Of a DNA stretch of 64,000 bases, positions 1 through 14,260 are shown in pieces. A program made the position numbers and the translations under genes. The notes under the pieces are model-generated. The model was not told the DNA's origin. It did no database searches and saw only the letters and a list, made by a program, of their open reading frames with translations. Source of the DNA: Haliotis rubra (lineage: Eukaryota); assembly GCF_003918875.1 (NCBI RefSeq), contig NW_025766059.1:372001-436000 (forward strand). Direction: 5' to 3'. How positions within the stretch are numbered: position 1 is the stretch's first letter; every line of letters begins with the position of its first letter.

Positions 1-36
1 CGGGCGGACGATCTAACCACTACACCACGGCGGCGG
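1..36 (-). mobile_element. 5' end of a CACCT-tail SINE extending beyond the window
   Basis: Matches 12080-12117. Confidence 0.7.
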
Positions 37-226
37 TTGAACATAACGATGATATTTTGGAAAGAACACTGACAAAACGAATCGATGGTTTATGGTACCC
101 TGAACTCATGTGTTGGATTATGAGGCAGTACTTCCAGTAAGATAATGTCCTTGGATCGGTTCAAGATGTTCTTCTCAATGTTAGTACTATAGATAACATT
201 TCATCCACAAGCAACCCGTGAAGCAA

Positions 227-431
227 CCCGTGAAGATCCGGATTAGAATTCATCTTCAGCAACCCATGCTTGTGGCCAGGCTCGCTGATTTGGTCGACAC
301 ATGTCATCGTATCCCAATTGCTCATATCAATGCTCATGCTGTTGATCACAGCTAGGTCCACATTCGATTATTTTCATACCGCCGCCATACAAGTGGAGTA
401 TTGCTGAATGCGGCATTAAACAACCAATAAA
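227..431 (+). mobile_element. Long SINE family copy
   Basis: Similar to 42493-42727. Confidence 0.8.
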
Positions 432-2154
432 CACATCTCGTGCACATGCATACATGCTGAAGAAGTTATGACAAAACAAGTTAATGGTATGAAATATGCA
501 GGGCTTGGATCGCCCCTGTGGAATTTAAAAGTAGACGGTATAGTGATAAGGCCTTGGGTGTGTTGAGGTGTTTGACGATGACGAGAACACTGCATAAAAT
601 GTTGTAGGTTTTGTTTGCCTCCATTTCCACCCGTTACATTTGACCTGGTGATGTTTACAAATGGCATAATGGTTTACAAATGGTAGATGAATACTCACAA
701 ACAATAGCCAGTACAAGAATAATAAACACAGCGGTTAGAGAGAACATCCTGTCGATTCGAGTACCACCGAGATACGTATGCTGTCGTGACTACATTTCTA
801 TATAAATACTTCCTGTGTTGTGTCATTGTGTTTAGAAACTCTCGTTACTCTTCCAACATAATTTATCTCTGTGTACACATAAGCTAATATAACACCCCTG
901 TACAAAGTGTTCAATGAGGAAATAATTCAATGACATTTGTTTGTACAGTGTATAGAACATTCTACCAGACCTCGTCGCATACACACAAAAACCGATACAC
1001 GTGAGCTCATAGCTCGCTCCACAATCAATACACACCATACGGTACACAATAACCAGACCACACATCACCGTACAAGGCCCGACTGGCCCAGTTGTCAAAG
1101 GTGTCATAATTCTGCATACAAGGTGTTTTGAATTTAGATTCAGTGCAATATACATTCAGTGTGTGAATAATATATCTAGCAAGTTATTGATGTATTCTGT
1201 ATCTAATTTTCTTAGTTTCAACACCTTGTGAATTGATATAATGTCTAAATATTTATGATATTTTAAATAATTAAGGAAAGAAACATCCATTCATTCATTT
1301 AGACATCAAGTTACACACACATCCTACTGCACACACAACGCATCTTACACACACGAACTGATTATATGTAACATACTTAACGCTGACTCTACACCACAGA
1401 ATAAACATACATTACACACCGACCTTACACACACGCTTACACACACACACACACACACACAAAAGACACAAAACACGACACGCACACTACATGCTGACCC
1501 TACACTAAAGAATACATATGCATGACACTAGACATTCCACACAACTATCGCACACACATACACATGGAACACGCCACACAGGCTACACACAGTCTCTGTG
1601 TCCCACAATAGACGGTCCCAATAGACATATGTGACACTACACACCAACAAGAGTTGAGTTGATGAAAAGTTGGGTTTTACGTCACATCAATATTATTCCA
1701 GCCAAAGAATTACCGGAAAGCAAGCGATGAGAACGAGATCAACGCTGAATTCATGCACAATGAACATACCAAATGAGTTTTATTTTGAAAACATATATAT
1801 TCATTACATTGTTATTCATGAAAAAACAGATAATAAATGGCGTAGCAGATTCATATCTGCAGTTGCAAAAAGATATAATTCAAAAGCAGGCAATTTGTTA
1901 TTCACATTACAGACCGAGACAGACTCCTTCCAATCGTCACTGGGATACTCAGTATACGCATTATGTCTTATCACATGAATGAAACATTTTGACAAATTCT
2001 GGCAGTACTATAGAGCGTACTGTTAATACCAAAACGTCAAACATTTGTCATCTTAGCCTATCGTCAATGAGGACAGTGACGGTATAACATTTGTTTACAT
2101 ACTCCACTACGTTTTGTAATGTGTTCCCAATCTAGATCATACAACCATAGTAGT

Positions 2155-2373
2155 TTGTTTGTTTGTTTGTCGTTTAACGCCGCCTCCAGCAATATTCCAG
2201 TTTGTATATGGTGGTCCAGCTATATGGTAGTGGTCCGTAAATAATCGAGTCTGGACCAGACAATCCAGTGATGAACACAATGAACATCGGCAAACGCATC
2301 TTGGATACGACATGTGATTGCGTTTTCTGACAAGGTTTGCTGAAGACAAATTCTAACCAGAATCTTCACGGGT
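2155..2373 (-). mobile_element. Long SINE family copy
   Basis: Reverse complement similar to 42493-42727. Confidence 0.78.
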
Positions 2374-2623
2374 CACAACCATAACTAGAAACGGGTGTCT
2401 TTTACCAGTTGGGAATGTCAGAGTATCCCCGACTAGTTTTGAAGGGTAAATATCATGACAATTTGAGCTTTGTTTTTGTCTGAGGGAACATACATCCCAA
2501 TATTTTTAATCAAGCAATCAATTGTTTGTCATGTAACGTTGTAACAGTAATACACTGAAATAATGCAGTGAACAATAGATACAAAGCGTTAAGTTTTATT
2601 CATTCCGAAAACATAGAAAAAAC

Positions 2624-2624
<1 letters not shown>

Positions 2625-2676
<52 letters not shown>
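2625..2676 (+). repeat. (CA)n microsatellite
   Basis: Direct reading. Confidence 0.95.
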
Positions 2677-2683
<7 letters not shown>

Positions 2684-3811
2684 CGCACTTCTAACATATA
2701 GTTCCTTTATGACTTTGATATGCTGGAGGTGGCTGACGAGTTACTGTATCTCTTGATATGTGATGGATAATTGAGTAAGTTATCATTGGGGACACCATTA
2801 GTTCCCTTTACGTACGTATCTGATATGTCATCCGTGTATACATGTGAAGGCATGTTTGAAACAATAAAATCCTCAGATACCTTTGAAGCCACATTCGGGA
2901 AAACTGAAGCTACCGCTGAAACGTTCGTAGAAATACAAGCCCGCAATGAAGCCCTTTCATAGTAAATGTACTTCTTGACTATAAAATCAGTAAATCAGTA
3001 AAATGATGGTCAATCATAAAATTGATAACCACAAACGGAACAGAATGCAGAGTGTGCGTTATCACAATACAATGGCTCGTATAGATACATGTAAATGTTT
3101 AAGGCAAATGTAGTATTATAACAGCTTTAATGTCACAAATTCCCGGATCTATTGTACGTGTGCTGTGCATTGTACTACTTTTGTCTATATCATCTGCCGT
3201 ATTAGATCTAAAAACATGCTATGGTTTGGAACCGCATGGACACCACGCATGTTGTCCTTACAGAAATTCAAAAATCCTCATTGATGACTACATTCATTCT
3301 TGGACGTCAAAACATATAAACGATATTATGAATAATTGAAGAAAGAATGAAATTATATGACACAAGATATAAGTTTAAGCCCCTGTGCAAGTGATCACAT
3401 TTTTACATGCAGGTATTAGTATGAAATACGTAAACAGTATAAAAAAGCAAACAGGTATATCATTTGAAATGCTTAAGCTACCAACAACATATATTGTTTA
3501 TCCCCACTGCAGCCAAAACGTTATACATCCAAGTTCATGGTGAATTGTCTTTCGTATTCATTTAATATCAACGCTGAGGAATTATCAGTCTTGGTTATTT
3601 ACGGGAAAAGATTCTATTGAGGGTAAAAGGAAATATAGTTGTGAACATTGTGGGAATGCATCGCTGAACATTATTGATGACACCTGGTGTTTCACAGTCA
3701 TACTGGGTAGTATGCACAATCACATATAACAGCATTGGTGTCACCGCTTCCCATTACAGATGCATGTGGTTTGGTGTGGTGAGTTAAGAGTGGTCCTGAA
3801 CCGAATTGTCT

Positions 3812-5097
3812 CTAAAACTGCAGGCTGGTGTACACGTGCTCGTCACCGTCGTTTGTTTTGGTGCGTTCAGAGATGTTTCCCATTTGAGGAGCAGTAGATC
3901 CAGCGGGTGATGGTCGATGGGCGGCTTGTCCTTGCAATGATGGGTGGGCTGGTCCTGGTGGGTGGGCTGGTTCTAGTCCTGGGGGCTGGTCTGGTCCTGG
4001 TGGATGTGCTGGTGATTGCATTGGTGGATAGGCTTGTCCCTGCATTGGTGGATGTGCTGGTCCTGGTCCTGGTGGATGGCCTGGCCCTGGTTCTGGGGGT
4101 GGCCTGGTCCTATTGGTGGAGAGTAGGGTGGTGGAGGTTGTGCCATTGCAACTGGTGGTTGGATGAATGTTCCAGGAGGAGACTGAATCGTGTGGACATA
4201 TCCAGCATTATATGCACCACTGACCGAATTCGGACCTGGACAAAGACAAAAGGACGTTCTAAGGTTATGCAAGGTTCGACTTTTAGATTGGTCATCATAC
4301 ATCTGTTCGTTGGACTGTTAAGAGAGAAACATGTTAGTGGTCATGATGTACAATATCTGGCCTTTACACTTTCAGTTGCCAAAGCGTCACACAATAACGC
4401 TGGTTGGAATCACCTTTTGCGCTTTTGTTGAACACTGTACATATCAATATTCAAGTAATTATGAATGTTATTAGTACCTGCAGATATAACAGTAAGTTGT
4501 TGCCCGCTCGTCACTACTTGACCTCGATGACCTGGGGATGACTTGCAGCAACAGACGCAGCACACGATTATTCCTACAACTAGGGCGATGAGGAGAGCGA
4601 CGCCAACGACGATGCCGATAATCACACCAACGCTTGAAGAAGAACTCGAGCTGCCGCTATAAACGTTGGGAGAAAACAATGTTATGTAGACAATTTCATG
4701 TTATCTGGTACACCTTGATTCTTATTTTACATAATTATTTTGCTGTTATTGGTTTAAAACTAATGTTACAAGTATCTTTGACTTGTTCAATCCACTACCA
4801 ATGCATTACAGAGCTCAAAGATTCGTGATTGACATTTGTCAGACACGTAAGTATTCCTGAAGATTACCTGAAACAAAGTTGAAGAAAAATATAATCTTTG
4901 TAAGTTTGGTGCAAATAAAATTAATTATGACAGATTGTGGAATGATAATATCAATATGTAAATCCAAATAAACAGTTAATAGCCTTTGTAACCTTTATAC
5001 AGTTAGAAATAGATTGAAACACAGAAACATGTGAGTTCATGGATATAATTTCTTTAATTCTTCAATTTGAACAAATTATATCTGTACCAAGGATCTT

Positions 5098-5163
<66 letters not shown>

Positions 5164-8100
5164 TGTAGCATACACATGCTCATACTCAATAAGAAGAATG
5201 TAAACATGTTGAGGTTTCCTGTGTGTAACGTTTCAAAGCTAGTTTATCAAGCTTTAGGAATGAGAAGCTGACACTGTTGGGAACGCTTCAGTGCGCAGTC
5301 AGTTTTACAGAAGTTATATCTATCACAGTCTACGTCGTCTTTCTCTACATCGCTGAAGAAAAGCTGAGGTCAAAGGCCTTCTAATGTTTGAATAATACAA
5401 ATATGCTCACAAAATACGAAAGCGGTGGAAATTTCCATTCATATGATTTTTTCATAATTTATATCTGGTTTTCCCAAAGCCCAACCACATGAACGTATTA
5501 TTTGACAACGTACTAAAATCTGTTGTGGCATTTTTAGGATAAAACTCAAAATATTACTGCATTTAAAAATGATAACTCAGATTACTGTTTGGTTCTGTGA
5601 ATCTGCAAAATATGACTGCAATGCACTCGGCTTCCTGATACTCACCAGCAATATCTGTAACTGCTAGTTCCACAGCATGAGTATACACATGTCAAGCTCT
5701 TTGTTTGAAAACCGTCATACTCGTAACAATATTCATAGCCAGACGCTGGAAAACACAGACATTGGGAGACGTTAGATATGCTGTAAACATATGCGTTCAC
5801 ACATATAAGGTCCACTGTGTTGAATGCATCAATGAATGGGTTATGTTATTGCTGAACGCCATGCAAATTGCCGAAAATATTGTAGAATGAAAATTGGAGG
5901 CATTGGATAGTATTTACATATGTAGTGAAAGCATGTCGACATTTTGTTAAAAACATTCAGTTATTCAAATGTACTGTGACATATATATTGTGCTTGCAAA
6001 CAATAATAATGTTGTATAGTTTCATAGTGTTATTGGTGTAATACTGCTATCAGATGTTTGTGAAGCGTATGCAATTATGTATAAGAGAACAATAGAACTT
6101 GACGTAGAACACACGCTTGGTGTACCCACTCTACCGTGCTAAGTACATTTCTTGTAAAATCTCATTTTTCCTTCTACAGTATGGTATGCGTTGGACAATG
6201 TCATCGTTAATGAAAAAAATCTATCGCAATTATGCATCTGTATACATGATTAAATGCTTCAGAGAGAAATCGCGAAACGTGTGACTTTTATGAAGTATTA
6301 GAACGCAAATGACAACAAACATTCTAGGCAAGAACCTTTATGTTTGTAAAACATCATATTGTTTGGACGTACTGCTGATTCACTTCTGTTTAACGGACGG
6401 ACGAGTAATCTCTCTGGACCATTGATTCTGCGCATAAAGCTGTGATGATCTTGACGTAAGTTCAATACAGAACAAACTTTATGGATAACAACTTCTAAAG
6501 TTTGTTCTATAGTATACATCCCAACTTCTAAAATGCCACTCAAAGAAGTTTGACGTAAGTTGTTTGTGTATCATCTAGTGACACTGCCTCTTGAACGCGC
6601 GGAGGGTCTCCTGCCTGTAACTATGTTGGAAACTGGGCACAGTCTCATAGTCTCTGAGCAATTCGTTGTTTTCACATTGATTTTCGACTCGCTGTTAGCA
6701 TGCGTAGAGCGTGTAATAATATCCACTGGTCAACTTCCGCTTTGGTCGTATTACTGATAATGTAAACAAACTCTAAATAAAAGCTGTCTGAAGATTATTT
6801 ACGTGTGACAACTGTTCATAGTTGAATACATACATCCACTTGCCCATGCTTTTCAATAATTGATGTCCTGTTTTGGTGGCAACTGCATCAGAGATGTGGT
6901 TTTTTAGTTGTGAGAAGGGGATGTGTAGGAAGGACGGTGGACGGGTGGTGGTGAGATGTGAGCTTGTTAACAAACGTTAAGCTATTTATTTAGCTAATCC
7001 CGGCCCCTTCCATTCATAAATGAATTGAGATCAGTTAAATTCGACGGGTTTTGATTTTGCTTTCTTTAGAGTGTGTTTATACTAAGGTTATCGGAAGTTG
7101 TGGATATATTTTACACGCTCTGCGCATGCAAAATTAATGTGAAACCAACGAATGGGACAGCACCAAAAACCCCAAAATATGACACATAACCAGTGAGCCT
7201 GCAACTTTTGATTTTGTGTAGCTTAATGACGATTTGTCGTGAGCAGTCGCGAGGGTCTGCTTTCAGATCAATCGATCTGCAGTTGTGTTATTTACTATTT
7301 TTTTATTGTTATTTTGTTAGGTCAACGAACAACGTTTTGTCCTGTCAACAAAATTTCACGAGGGAGCGTTCCCATTAGTACCTGGCGCGACTACTGTTAT
7401 GACTGATCTACCCCTCCTGCACACACTGGATATATATGTCTACGGATAATGTCTTGTGGAATAATCTTCCATTCGTCCTGCAAAGTATTAGCCATTTGTG
7501 CAAGTGCTTGGGACTTATTCTGCCTTTGACGCTCACGTTAGTCGAGTTCATCCCACTGGGACACGATCTTGAAATCTTGTAAGCTATGGTAAGACACTGA
7601 CTTTTCAATTATGAAGTAAGCGAACAGTGACAAAATGTGTTGTGTGAGTCGCTATATGGCTGAAATAATGACGATGCGACATTACATTTAAACTCACTCA
7701 CCCTTTCCTCAGCCCAGAAACGTACAGTGCTCCATCGCATTCGCAGATGCAAACACCTCAATACAAGGACAGATTCCGGTGTTCTGGGTCTAATTCCAAC
7801 CTCTCGCAGAGGTTTCCTAATTGTTTGCTCCGATATCCTCCTCGAACCTGACACGTGCCCTGCAGTCTTGGTCGCAGTGGCATGTCGATGACGTAGACGT
7901 AAGGTCCGGTTGATGTTTTCTTGTGTAGGAGTTTTGACTCTTGGTCTACCAGTTCCCGACGCTCTGGGGTCGTCATCTTGAGCTTTAGTTGACTATGCTG
8001 ACCAGTTGGCGCAAAGAACTGCCCAAAGGATTTCTAGGCAGGGGACGCCAAGAAGATCTTCCCGGCCGTGGGCCTGCCATAAATGAGATATGGTACACTG

Positions 8101-11100
8101 GCTTACGTTGAAATGATGTGCAGACTGGTACTATCCAGCTTCAAAGCGTCCTCTGGCGATGTTACGATTGGCAGCGTTCAGTTTCTTCACTTTTCCCACT
8201 TCCAGTAAGTCGACAAACATTTGACAAAATGTAGACAGACATTATACTGCACTTGATTCACGTACACTCTGCATTTATATTTTCCATGACATTTCCGTGC
8301 ATTCTTATTCAAATTGCTGTATAAAGCCACACACGTTTCAGACGGTTGACTTTACGCAATACAATAAGAGTGGCACTATTTGTATTCATATCTTCCTTAA
8401 GTGGCATTTTAGAAGTTGGAAGTCATCTATGGATGACAACTTCTTTATTTCTTGAGCACGACGTTTCAAGTATGAAAACGATACAAGAACCTGTATCAAA
8501 ACGTCGTGCTCTAGAATTAAAGAAGGTGCCATCCCCACATGTTCACAATGTGTGAAGCCCATTTCTTGTGCCCCCCTCAGTGATATTGCTGGAATATTGC
8601 TAAAGGCGGCGTAAAACCAAACTCACTCACTCACTCACTCAAACAACATCAAAGAATACACGGCACGGTACATTGCAGCTGTAACACTAATATTCAGTAT
8701 TTACATGTTTGATATTTAAGTCAAACACAGTATAGGTTTTCTGTTTGACACTGGCTTCATATTCAGCTTAATCCTGACCAAGATTGTACACATAGAAACG
8801 TTATAATTGAGCAGTATTAATGCTGGGCCATACCGTCGTTGAACGAACGTGACAACACCCAACACGGCAAATAAGGAAAACTGTGACAGATTTATTTGCA
8901 TCAACAAATCACAATAGAAGTGCCTAAGTAATCAATTATAATATTGTTTATTGGCCCAGGTGGACAAACATACATTTAAAAGGTATATCAGGTGTAGGAA
9001 ACTACCTGGATGCACTGTCGAGAGTCGATGTATATAACACGTTAATAACAATTAAATACATGATATTTAGCGGAGATGTTGTTCATAAGACTTCATATAG
9101 CACCCTGTACCTGTATATATTAATCAATGTTCAAGCTGCAAAGTTATACCGCAATGACATTTTCAATGTTATACACAGAAAGATTCACAATAACTGGTTC
9201 CACTTCATTACTGCTATTCCATTATAATGCAAAAGCGTAATAACTGTATATATATATCAATTATGGGTAGTAATTCACAACATATTGTTATCAACGGTAA
9301 CTGACTACGCTAATTAGGATGTCTCTCCAATGGTGTTTGTATACTAAGTAGATATATCTACTACTGTATACAAAGACACGCAAATCTGAGAAAACAATCA
9401 CTTCTTAAATGAGAGATAAATGGAAGCTAGTTGTGATGTTTTCCAAATCTAAAATTCCCAATAGTTCTTTGTTGAGTTGGTTTACAAATCAGTCGGGCGA
9501 TGGGGAATACGTGGTGCTGAAGGTGTTCCTGAGAGGCAAATAGAAGTTGTTTTTTTATTCAGGGGCAAGGAAAAGCCCTGAAACGTTGTGTATACAATAC
9601 AAAGAAGTTAACATGCATACTATTTTGTCTTAAACGTGGTGCTGAAGTTGTGATACTCCTTAAACCTGCATGTACTTATAGTAGAGTTATAGACTCATCC
9701 CAACAACATACGTTCAACATACCAGCTGTATAATACTTTTTTCTCATATAGAGCTCCTCTTTGTGTTTCTCTCAAGGTCTGCTTTAGATGTCTGTTCATA
9801 CATTATGAACGTGCAAATAATGCATATATACTCAGTTGAAATGGGTTCTGTACAGTTTTCTGTCAATAATTGATTCTGGACCAGACAATCCAGTGATTGA
9901 CATGTACATATTCATCAACTAAGTCAGCAGCCTCATCACCCAATCCAGTTAGTCGCAACAGGCGTGGCTTTCTGAAAACCAGTTCAAACGCCGATCTTTC
10001 AAAGGGAGAGTGCAACAGGTTATACTACATACAGCCGCATACCATCACTGTTATATAGGCTGGTAAACATCTGTGTAAACAGCCAGGTGCATCAGGCGTG
10101 ACAGCGGCGTAGTTGACAACATGTCTGGCCTGATCATTCGCAGTGAATGGCCAACGTTACTGGAAACATCTGACTGAAGTGTCAGTGTCAGTGTTAGAAA
10201 GATATGATACGAGTGAGTGAGTGAGTGAGTGAGTGAGAGTGATTTCTGTTATATAGCTGCTATCCTAGTGTGGACAGTATATACATTATATCACAGCATA
10301 CTAAATTAACGTAGGTGAAGATACTGCTTGATGCAGAGTGATCGGTTTGGTGAAAGCGTGGTATGGTATTATTAAGTGAGAGATCTAGAGTTACTTTGGC
10401 TTTACGCCGCTTTCAGAAATAGTCCAGCAATATCAGAAATGGGCTTCACACATTGTACCCATGTGGGGATTCTAACCCAGGTCTTCGGTGTGACGAGCAA
10501 ATGCTTTAACCACAAGGACCACCATCACCCATGTGGTCGTATTGTGAACCCATCATGGGTTCTTGGATGAGAACTCACTATAAGCAAACGATGACACCAC
10601 AAGGGGGGCACAACTCTGTCAACCATGTAACCAGTTAATTGAAATATCTGAATTCTTGAATTTGCAATTTGCAATTTGCAATGAAGTAATATACTTACAA
10701 CTGTATTAGACACAGTGAAACGCGGAAAGCCCGGCGAAACATGCACTACTATCACCGGCGGTCTCTTGTTTCAATCACATGTTTAATCTTTAAGCCCGTA
10801 CTGGTATGTGAGCTTTAGTGAGTTTTTACGCCGTTTTCAGCAATAATCCAGCTATATCACGACGTGTGACACCAGCAATGGGCTTCACACATCGTATCCA
10901 TGTGGGGAACGCTTTTACTACCAGGCTACCCCACCGCCACCCGTACTGGAAGGTTACATCATTGATATGTGACAATACCAAAGTTTGGGTAGTAAGGCCC
11001 GACGAGCATCATATGTGTCCAGGATACATGATTGAGAACTACATAGTAATACACACCTGCCCCCCTCATACAGTACACGGCGGGTAGCCAGGACAACGTG

Positions 11101-11311
11101 ACATGCAATATTTGATCTTCTTCTTTCTAAACTAGTGTCTATGACAGAGATCACAGTGACAGTATGTACTTACGACGCAGTTTGGAGTCACTTTGTGTAA
11201 GTAGACACTGTACACGTAATTACTATTATGACCAGTTGGTTACAAATAGTGTTAATACTTACAAATAGAAGCTAGGCAGAGAAGAATCCACCCAGTTTTC
11301 AGAGACATCAT
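3812..11311 (-). CDS. G1: Shisa-like/CYYR1-type (STMC6) single-pass membrane protein, 4 coding exons, one apparent 1-nt frameshift in the last exon
   Basis: Exons 11311-11263 (MMSLKTGWILLCLASI, gtaagt donor), 5745-5646 (SSGYEYCYEYDGFQTKSLTCVYSCCGTSSYRYCC), 4656-4478 (TM VGVIIGIVVGVALLIALVVGIIVCCVCCC), 4235-3812 (PPPPY...HVYTSLQF*). All introns GT-AG, phases 1/2/1. Adding one base at the G5 run 4095-4099 joins the two Pro-rich frames (about 250 aa). Exon 1 assignment is less certain because intron 1 is 5.5 kb. Confidence 0.8.
5101..5157 (+). repeat. (TG)n microsatellite
   Basis: Direct reading; others at 38198-38234 and 51185-51212. Confidence 0.95.
7690..8060 (-). mobile_element. Tc1 transposase remnant
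   Basis: Fragments RRISEQTIRKPLREVGIRPR and VLRCLHLRMRW similar to the 60868-62241 transposase. Confidence 0.65.
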
Positions 11312-11767
11312 CTTGCTGCAGATCGACAACATTCCGCTACACGGAACAGTGCTTCTGACTTGAAAGCTCGTGTTACTGTTTTTGTAAGGAGACAGTGGAG
11401 CACGACTTGAGCGTGTTACTGTTTTTGTAAGGAGGCAGTGGAGCACGACTTCAGTCTTCAGTCTAAATATACCACCCTAAACGCATGGCTGTCACAATAC
11501 TGAACCAATAACACGTTTATACATCCTCCTTCCTTGGCTAACATTCAGTGCTTAGTCATCTCCCTTGCAGCGTGAGTGTCAGTTTTCCCTATTTTATACA
11601 AGGTAGAATGTGAATCGTGACCATCCTCATCTGAAGGGGCAGTGAATAATCGGGATGCTCGGTTAGCTCTGTCGCTTAAGAGTTGCCTCCCCTGCCTCCC
11701 TGTACCGGAGACTTTTTCCAAAGACGTTAAAATATAGTACTTGTTGGTCCCTGCCTGGCACATACCG

Positions 11768-12117
11768 GTGAGGTGAGGTGAAATTGGGTTTAACGTCGCT
11801 TGAGAATATTTCGCTCATATGACGACGCATGCATGCGTGTGCATGTGCGGCTGCTTGTACTAGCCCAGACTTAAGCTGGTTTTATAGTGCTAGCCCACTG
11901 AGATACCATGCCGCAGTGAAGCATGAATACCCCACTCAGACGCATTATACTGACTCCGAGCCGACCAGTCCTTGTAGTACCCATTAATACCGAGCGCCAG
12001 GCAGGGACCAACAAGTACCATATTTTAACGTCTTTTGGTATGAAGCGGTCGGGGAACGAACCCGCGACCTTCCGCTCTCCGGGCGGACGCTCTAACCACT
12101 ACACCACGGAGGCGGTC
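11768..12117 (-). mobile_element. SINE, CACCT-tail family
   Basis: Near-identical reverse complement of 15004-15375. Confidence 0.88.
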
Positions 12118-13386
12118 CTTTCTGCATCAGACTAAGTTGTGACAATGTTGACCATCATGTTTGTGGTCAGTTTACGAGACTCATTTTCAACTGAATACAT
12201 TTCTCTCGTGACGACTGTAGAACAAACGAACAAAGATTTAAAAGATACTTTACTTTGTACATTTTATACATTCCGGGAACACAATCGTTGCCAGCAATTG
12301 ATTGCTTAAAGATTAAATGGCATCAACAAGAACATGGCATATTTCATATGCAAATACAAATGGATGAGTACACAGGAACGGAACAATCCTTCACAATGAG
12401 TGTTGTAACAATATAACATATAATATTACAAAGATCGAAGTAAGTTGTCTGAAAAACTACATTCAGAGGGCACGGTAGGGAGGCCGAGTGGTTAAAAGCG
12501 TTCACTCGTCAAACAAAAGACCCGGGTCCCCACAATACAATATGTGAAGCCCATTTGTGGTGCCCCCCGCCGTGATATTGCTAAAATATCCTGCTCCAAA
12601 ACACACTCACTCTCACTCTCACTCTCTCTCACTCACTCACATCGATGACCACTTCCAGCTTGTCCGAGACCATGCACAGAGGCCTAAACTTGGAGAATGA
12701 TGTTTCTGTTAAATAAATTTAGATGTATGGTACAAGGTAAAAATGGCTTCTTTCCTTTTATTTCCAGATTTACTATCGTTTTCACTAACAAAACCTTGAG
12801 TCAATTTGTCCAATTTTGTACCGTAATTTATCTAGACAATGGTGGTGATCACTGACGCAGGGCCGTTTCAGATTCATCCATATTCAGAAAAGAAGATCTG
12901 TCACACTACACAATCATTAAAGCCTTAAGAGTATTTACATCAATGTAGAAACCTAATTCAGAGGGCAGCATAAAATGTTTAAACAAGGTCGTTGTCCTTG
13001 TAAAAAGAATGAACAATCTGTTCATATGAATATCTATTCCTCGGTACAAAACCTACATATACATATACCTATCACTATGTATTGAACTCTAAATTGTTGA
13101 TAGTCATCATGGCAGCCTATGATGATAGATATGCTTGTGGAGATGGTGTAATATTATTTGATGCTGTATTCACAAGAGGATGCAAAACAAAGATGAAGGT
13201 AAAGTAATAAATGGATGATACAGAACGGTCATGGTGTTGATGAACATGTAATTCCTCCTTCGGAGATGTGTAGACAACATATATTTGCGAGCTAGCTGTA
13301 CATACTTTCAGACAAACAATATAAAAGTGGTAAAATATAAACCCAGGAATTATACATATGACACACATGATGTCAGGAATAATATA

Positions 13387-14260
13387 TACTAAACGCCAAA
13401 AGAAACGCTACCCTCCTTCCTTAATGACGGAGGTACCTATCTTCAGCTGGCCTGTCTGTCTACGGTGACCCCAGTCTGTCTGAAGCCCTAAATAAGTCTT
13501 ATAACCGTGATACGGTGGCATCCGAGGGCGTTGGCAACAGCATTGTATGTCGACCCCATCTGCACCATCCCAATGGTTCTTTCTCTCCCTTCAGCTGTTA
13601 ATCGTGGCATATTTCTCGTACTTGTGTATCAGATCATGTATTCTAGGCTCTCTTTACACCCTATAGAATCATTCCACAAGTAAAATGGATGTAAATACTG
13701 CTTGAATATTGCTGCGTTTGGCGATTGATATTGCTATGTGTAAACAGAAAATGGAAAAGTGTTACTTTGCAAGCCAAAATATTAACAAAGATAATTTTAG
13801 ATGTTCCTAAACATGTTTTCACTATATCAAAGACACGTTTTACTTGTTTTAACTAATGTAAATCAGCAGAAAATGTTTTAAAAGACTGAAATCAAACGAA
13901 TGATTATTTTACAATTTTACAGACTCTATAACAGTTGTTTCTTGTTATAGTAGTTGAAAAATGGTGACTTTAAATGGTTTATCATTGTCCCAAAGCAGAA
14001 TTTTATTTCAACCTTTCTTGTGTACATCAAAATCATTATTATTGGTTTATTTCGGCACAGACGATTATAGGACAATTTAACTCTTCTGAAAAAGATCCAT
14101 TTCACCTAAATATGAATGCATTTGAGAATTGTTCTTTTCGTGATTTGCATAAAGCTGTGCTATTAAGCTTTCTTGTAAACTAAAACCTTCTAACATATCT
14201 TTGTTAGTTTTTCAGTAATTCATAAAGGTAGGAGGATAACGTTTCTTTTGGCGTCTAGTG
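13387..14260. mobile_element. Non-autonomous Tc1-like MITE
   Basis: About 40-bp imperfect TIRs tactaaacgccaaaagaaacgctaccctcc / ggaggataacgtttcttttggcgtctagtg, TA on the left flank, no coding capacity. Confidence 0.7.

Noticed and set aside
3130-3339. ORF with a signal-peptide-like start (MSQIPGSIVRVLCIVLLL)
   Set aside because: Short, antisense to the probable G1 3' region, with no splice or homology support.
3907-4431. 174-aa hydrophobic plus-strand ORF
   Set aside because: Antisense shadow of the Pro-rich G1 terminal exon.
10033-10159. AG/GT-bounded phase-1/2 segment with cysteines, plus a terminal-exon-like GTPSAPRIPHRPTDL near 9485-9528, as a nested paralog
   Set aside because: Two in-frame stops, no match to the six-Cys pattern, and no TM exon between them.
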